Shown: positions 59,413 through 63,312 of the stretch, piece after piece
Position numbering within the stretch: position 1 is the first letter of the stretch
Layout of the letters: the number at the start of each line of letters is the position of its first letter
From: Thermoproteota archaeon
GTDB lineage: Archaea > Asgardarchaeota > Jordiarchaeia > Jordiarchaeales > Freyrarchaeaceae
Assembly: GCA_029258835.1 (NCBI GenBank)
Contig: JAPDJY010000048.1
Span: 1 to 63,312 of the forward strand
Direction of reading: 5' to 3'
DNA length: 63,312 nt
Program-made: the position numbers and the translations under genes
The notes under the pieces: model-generated
The model's input: the letters and a program-made list of their open reading frames with translations, nothing else
Told to the model about the DNA's origin: nothing
The model's database searches: none

Positions 59413-61776
59413 ATGGATTCAACTCCCTTCGCGTTCCACATCAAAAAACCGCTTCTTAGCGGTGAAGTCCACTATTTCCGCTTACATCCTTCGGAGTGGC
59501 GTGTCCGTCTCGCTAAGGCGAAGGAAGCCGGGCTTGACGCGGTTTCAACATACATTCCGTGGAGCTGGCATGAAGCCGAGCCCGGAGTATTCGACTTCTC
59601 AGGAGACTCTCACCCACAGAGGAACATAGAACTCTTTTTAGAGCTGGCTGAAGAGGAAAACGTGTACGTCATAGCAAAACCCGGACCGTACATTTGCGCT
59701 GAGTGGATATATGGAGGTATTCCTCGATGGCTCTTACAAGCCCACCCTGAGATCCTTGCACGTAATTCTTCAGGGAGGCCGACGCGCTGGTTTTCTAAAA
59801 AGGCTCCTGCCATAACATACCTTCACCCTTTATATCTTGCATACGCTAAGCGATGGATGAAAGTTGCTTCTCAAATAATTAAGAAGCATCAAATGCCCAA
59901 TGGAGGATGCATAATTGCAGTTCAAATAGATAATGAGTCATCATACGGATTCCATTTCCTCCCATTCGAAACAGACTATAACCCGGTGGTCATAGGAAGT
60001 GGTGAAAATGAGGGCTTATATCATGAATGGCTCAGATCAAATTTCGATTCAATCAACCAGTTGAATGAAGCTTATGGAACATGCTACACCGATTTTTCAG
60101 AGGTGACCCCGCCTAGAAGATTTAAAGGTCGAAGGGATCTACCCGCTATGATCGGGTGGCTCTCCTTTAAGGAGGACATGATATCAGAGTTTCTTCGTCA
60201 GATAGCAGGTGTGGTGCGAGGGGAAGGTGTATCCACCCTACTATTAACCAACGAGTTCTTTAACCCTTTCCTTTATCCTCCGGTTCAAACCAAAAGTAAG
60301 CTTCTAGTTGACGCCGTAAACTTGTACCCTCACTACTTAGACGAAGCAAGCTTCCTAGCGGTGGTGAATTACTTGGACTTCTTTAGGTTAAGTCAACCCG
60401 CCGCCCCCCTACTCGTGTCGGAGCTGCAGTCAGGCTGGTTTAGTTCTAAGGTTTCAGACAACACTCTCCACATCCTTGAAAGGATAGCGTATGTTAAAGG
60501 GGCTGAAGGAATAAATTTCTACATGTTTTCAGGAGGAATTAACCCTTCAAATTTCGGGACGACCGGGAGAAAATACTTCCAAGACGCTCCTTTAAATGTT
60601 AACGGAGAAGAAACCGGAAAGTATCATGTAATTAAAGGCTTCGCCTCAATGGTTAAACTTCTAGGCGTTTTATCTCCGCTTCTAGATTTACACGTAGGGT
60701 ACTACCATCCCTATAGTTTAGCCGAGCTGTCAGGAGGCTACGATGTATTCGGCCGGAAATACAGAGGGATCACCACCACATTCAGAAACCTCCTCCTCCA
60801 CCTTTTAAAAAGTGGTCTAGGTTGTGCCCCTCTCCCGCTGAAACTAGCAGTCAGAAATAGCTCCATACCCTTAATCTTTTGCGCCTTTGACTTTCTTGGG
60901 AAAAGTGAGGCGGCATCTCTGCTCGACTACGTCAAGAGGGGAGGATCACTTATTCTCATGCCTCAAACTCCAATGCTAGACGAGTTTCTTCATGAAAACA
61001 GCATTTTAGTGGATGCGATAAAAATTAAAGCTCAATCGGTCAAAAGCGGGGTGCTTTCATTTGGACAGCATATAATCAAAGGTAGGCGTGTTACTGTTTT
61101 TGAGGTAGACGAGGCAGAGCCATTAGCCGTTCTCAAAACAGGTGAGATATGTGGTTTCAAGCTGCACATCGGTAAAGGAGTCCTTATTCAGTTAGGCTTC
61201 ATCCCTCATGGGAAAGCAGCTATTAACCTTGTCAAGCTTATCCCGAAAAAGCCCGTTTGTGAAGCGGAAAACATGCTTGCCCTTCCGTCTAAAGGAGAAA
61301 ACGGTTTTTACCTTCTCGCATGTAACCTGAGAAGAAGCTGGGCCAAGGGAAACGTACAGTTGAACCTGCCAGAATGCGTAGTGTCCCTCAGAGATATCCC
61401 TCTACCTGCAAGAAGTGCATGCATATGGCCAATTAAGCGTAAAGTGGATGATGCTGAACTACTATATGCTACGGCCGAACTGATCCGGGAGGATCATAAC
61501 GTGTTAACCTTCCGGTCTTATGAAGGGCTAACGGGGCAAATCGCAATTAAACTTCCCGAGGAACCTGAACTTCTCCCTGAAAGGTCTCGCTGGGATCCTA
61601 AAACAAGAATTTTAATCCTAAACTATGGTCCAGTATCTGAAGGTGAAAACATTGTTTTAGAAGAACCATTAAGGATAAGCGTGATTGGTGTTAGAAGGCC
61701 TAGTCTGGAAACAATAAAAGAGAGGTTTCCCTATCAGGTAAGAAGATGGTTTTTCAGGAAAATACTAGGTTACTAA
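59413..61776 (+). CDS. GH35-type beta-galactosidase / exo-beta-glucosaminidase-like glycosidase
   Basis: SGEVHYFR, TYIPW..HE..PG.FDF, KPGPYICAEW..GG.P.WL, QIDNE, ELQSGW, NFYMF.GG.N. Confidence 0.88.
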   Translation: MDSTPFAFHIKKPLLSGEVHYFRLHPSEWRVRLAKAKEAGLDAVSTYIPWSWHEAEPGVFDFSGDSHPQRNIELFLELAEEENVYVIAKPGPYICAEWIYGGIPRWLLQAHPEILARNSSGRPTRWFSKKAPAITYLHPLYLAYAKRWMKVASQIIKKHQMPNGGCIIAVQIDNESSYGFHFLPFETDYNPVVIGSGENEGLYHEWLRSNFDSINQLNEAYGTCYTDFSEVTPPRRFKGRRDLPAMIGWLSFKEDMISEFLRQIAGVVRGEGVSTLLLTNEFFNPFLYPPVQTKSKLLVDAVNLYPHYLDEASFLAVVNYLDFFRLSQPAAPLLVSELQSGWFSSKVSDNTLHILERIAYVKGAEGINFYMFSGGINPSNFGTTGRKYFQDAPLNVNGEETGKYHVIKGFASMVKLLGVLSPLLDLHVGYYHPYSLAELSGGYDVFGRKYRGITTTFRNLLLHLLKSGLGCAPLPLKLAVRNSSIPLIFCAFDFLGKSEAASLLDYVKRGGSLILMPQTPMLDEFLHENSILVDAIKIKAQSVKSGVLSFGQHIIKGRRVTVFEVDEAEPLAVLKTGEICGFKLHIGKGVLIQLGFIPHGKAAINLVKLIPKKPVCEAENMLALPSKGENGFYLLACNLRRSWAKGNVQLNLPECVVSLRDIPLPARSACIWPIKRKVDDAELLYATAELIREDHNVLTFRSYEGLTGQIAIKLPEEPELLPERSRWDPKTRILILNYGPVSEGENIVLEEPLRISVIGVRRPSLETIKERFPYQVRRWFFRKILGY

Positions 61777-62330
61777 TTTTCCACCCTCCTTTTCTTGGTA
61801 GCCTTCCTTCTGCCTCCACTCTTCTTAACGATATCCTTTGCTTCATCAATCCAGGAAGCAACCCTCTCCTTTTTGATTCCTAAGGCCTCCGAGAGAAGTT
61901 CGGCGTCCTCCTCCGCCAGTTCTTCAACGCTTTCTATTCCCACCTCTGCAAACTTCTGTGCTGTCTTCGCCCCAAGCCCCTTCAAAATGGTGAGCGGCGT
62001 CTTTCCCGGCTTTACCTCTCCCTCAACCATAACCTTTTTCTCGGTTCCCTCGACCTCCTCTACCTTCTCTATTGCCTTTTTAACCTCTTTTTCTTTTACC
62101 GCCTTTCTCCTGGCAGCTTTCCCCTTCACCGGTTTTTTCATAAAATCCTTAAGTGCTTTCACGTTCTCCATGTGAACTGTTTTCCGCCTTACGTCAACTC
62201 TTATCCCTACCCGCTTTGCATCGTGCAGCGTTAACCCTGCCTCCTTAAGTTCAGCAATGCTAAACCCTCGTCCCTCCCTTAACCTCTGAGGTTGTCTGGG
62301 GGGGCGAACCATAGCCTTTAACTCACTCAT
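61773..62330 (-). CDS. rpl13e: Ribosomal protein eL13 fused to a C-terminal HhH domain
   Basis: R.GRGFS..ELKEAG...VDVRRK...NV..L followed by LKGLGAKTAQKF..GI.SVEEL. Confidence 0.85.
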   Translation of the reverse strand: MSELKAMVRPPRQPQRLREGRGFSIAELKEAGLTLHDAKRVGIRVDVRRKTVHMENVKALKDFMKKPVKGKAARRKAVKEKEVKKAIEKVEEVEGTEKKVMVEGEVKPGKTPLTILKGLGAKTAQKFAEVGIESVEELAEEDAELLSEALGIKKERVASWIDEAKDIVKKSGGRRKATKKRRVEN

Positions 62331-62624
62331 GATTATCTCCTCCTTCGAGAGTCACTAAACTGAAAAAAATGTTTTTATTTTTTCTTGTTGAATCCCCATA
62401 GGGAATCTGGCAGCCTCGTCACCGTCCCCCTTTTATTTCAACATTATTTCTTGTAGTGTTGCCCTTCGGGCATCGGCCCTCCAAAATGATTAGTTTACTG
62501 CTATCCTGTTTTTACGGCGACGTGTTCCAAATTCCATTTCAGAGTGCCCCTTCAACCCTTCTTCAAATGTTTTTTAAATAACATTGTCATCGTGATGATG
62601 AAGGGAGCCTGTAGGTGTTCAAAT

Positions 62625-63312
62625 ATGGCAAACATCCCAATACCCTTCATAGAGAAGGAAGACGAGGTTTACCTTGCAAGTCTACGATGTTTTCGGTGTG
62701 GTCTATGCCGCACTGGATGTCCCGTTTTCGAAGTTCAACGGTCAGAAGACTGGAACACGCGTGGGCGCATTGCTCTTATCCGAGGATTAGCTCTAGGCGA
62801 GGTGCCTCCCTCTCCCTCCCTCGTTGACAGGATTTTTTCATGTACCCTCTGCAGAAGATGCGAAGTCCTATGTCCTTCTAAGGTAAACGTCAGCGGTTTA
62901 ATCCATGAAGCACGGGTTAGACTGGTAAAAGCTGGCGTCGCCCCCCCTACCCAGCAAGCCATCCAGAGGGATAACATAGTTAAGTGGGGTGTGATTCTAG
63001 ATAGGCAGCCTGCCCAAACTGCGTCCTTAATAGGCGACGTGGTTAAGAGGCTGGATCAGGAGAGCTCTATGGTGTTTCATGTAGGGTGCGTGGCAGCGTA
63101 CTCCTACCCCTTGATAGCGAGGGCGTGCATTGAAACGCTCAGACACTATGTCTCGTTTAGGGTTAGAAACGTTGAGAAGTGCTGTGGCGGCGTGCTTTCA
63201 ATGCTGGGCTACGACGATGACTTCAGGAAAATTGCCGAGGAAAACGTGCGACTGTTTGGAGAGGAGAAAGTGGATGAAGTGTTTGCCTTATGTCCAATGT
63301 GTTACACTGCTT
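62625..63312 (+). CDS. (Fe-S)-binding oxidoreductase subunit, HdrD/GlcF-like; partial, runs off the window
   Basis: Manual translation: CFRCGLCRTGCP, CTLCRRCEVLCP, HVGC, KCCGG, CPMC; no stop before the end; RBS AGGTG. Confidence 0.88.
   Translation, partial: MANIPIPFIEKEDEVYLASLRCFRCGLCRTGCPVFEVQRSEDWNTRGRIALIRGLALGEVPPSPSLVDRIFSCTLCRRCEVLCPSKVNVSGLIHEARVRLVKAGVAPPTQQAIQRDNIVKWGVILDRQPAQTASLIGDVVKRLDQESSMVFHVGCVAAYSYPLIARACIETLRHYVSFRVRNVEKCCGGVLSMLGYDDDFRKIAEENVRLFGEEKVDEVFALCPMCYTA

Noticed and set aside
62395-62485. Several hairpins, including a cUUCGg loop, between rpl13e and the Fe-S gene
   Set aside because: No recognisable family; may be a decayed ORF

Overview
Chromosomal segment of a thermophile-like archaeon, most likely Asgard (inferred from two ESCRT-III/Snf7 classes, eS25/eS26/eL13, a long Trm112, and ACS subunits cdhC/D/E). 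Most of the window is housekeeping: thermosome, Cdc48, TFB, proteasome alpha, ProRS, RpoK, Trm1, TrmY, RNase HII, Gar1, SRP19, HypA/E, ADP-forming acetate-CoA ligase and a P-type ATPase. Four things stand out. (1) Two protein-coding genes, alba and endoQ, are interrupted by short hairpin inserts (40 and 28 nt) that form bulge-helix-bulge motifs. Cutting at the canonical positions restores the frame and the conserved motif in both, which points to tRNA-type mRNA introns. (2) A HerA/FtsK-type ATPase sits between two ESCRT-III genes with no Vps4 in the window, next to a Zn-finger/PH-like/steadiness-box-like protein. (3) A ~450-nt highly base-paired non-coding region lies upstream of the cdh genes. 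(4) The left end is compositionally skewed and carries a frameshifted HTH/PD-(D/E)xK-like gene and a helical-repeat partner. I recognised no tRNA, rRNA or CRISPR array. All family assignments come from reading motifs by eye, with no database search.
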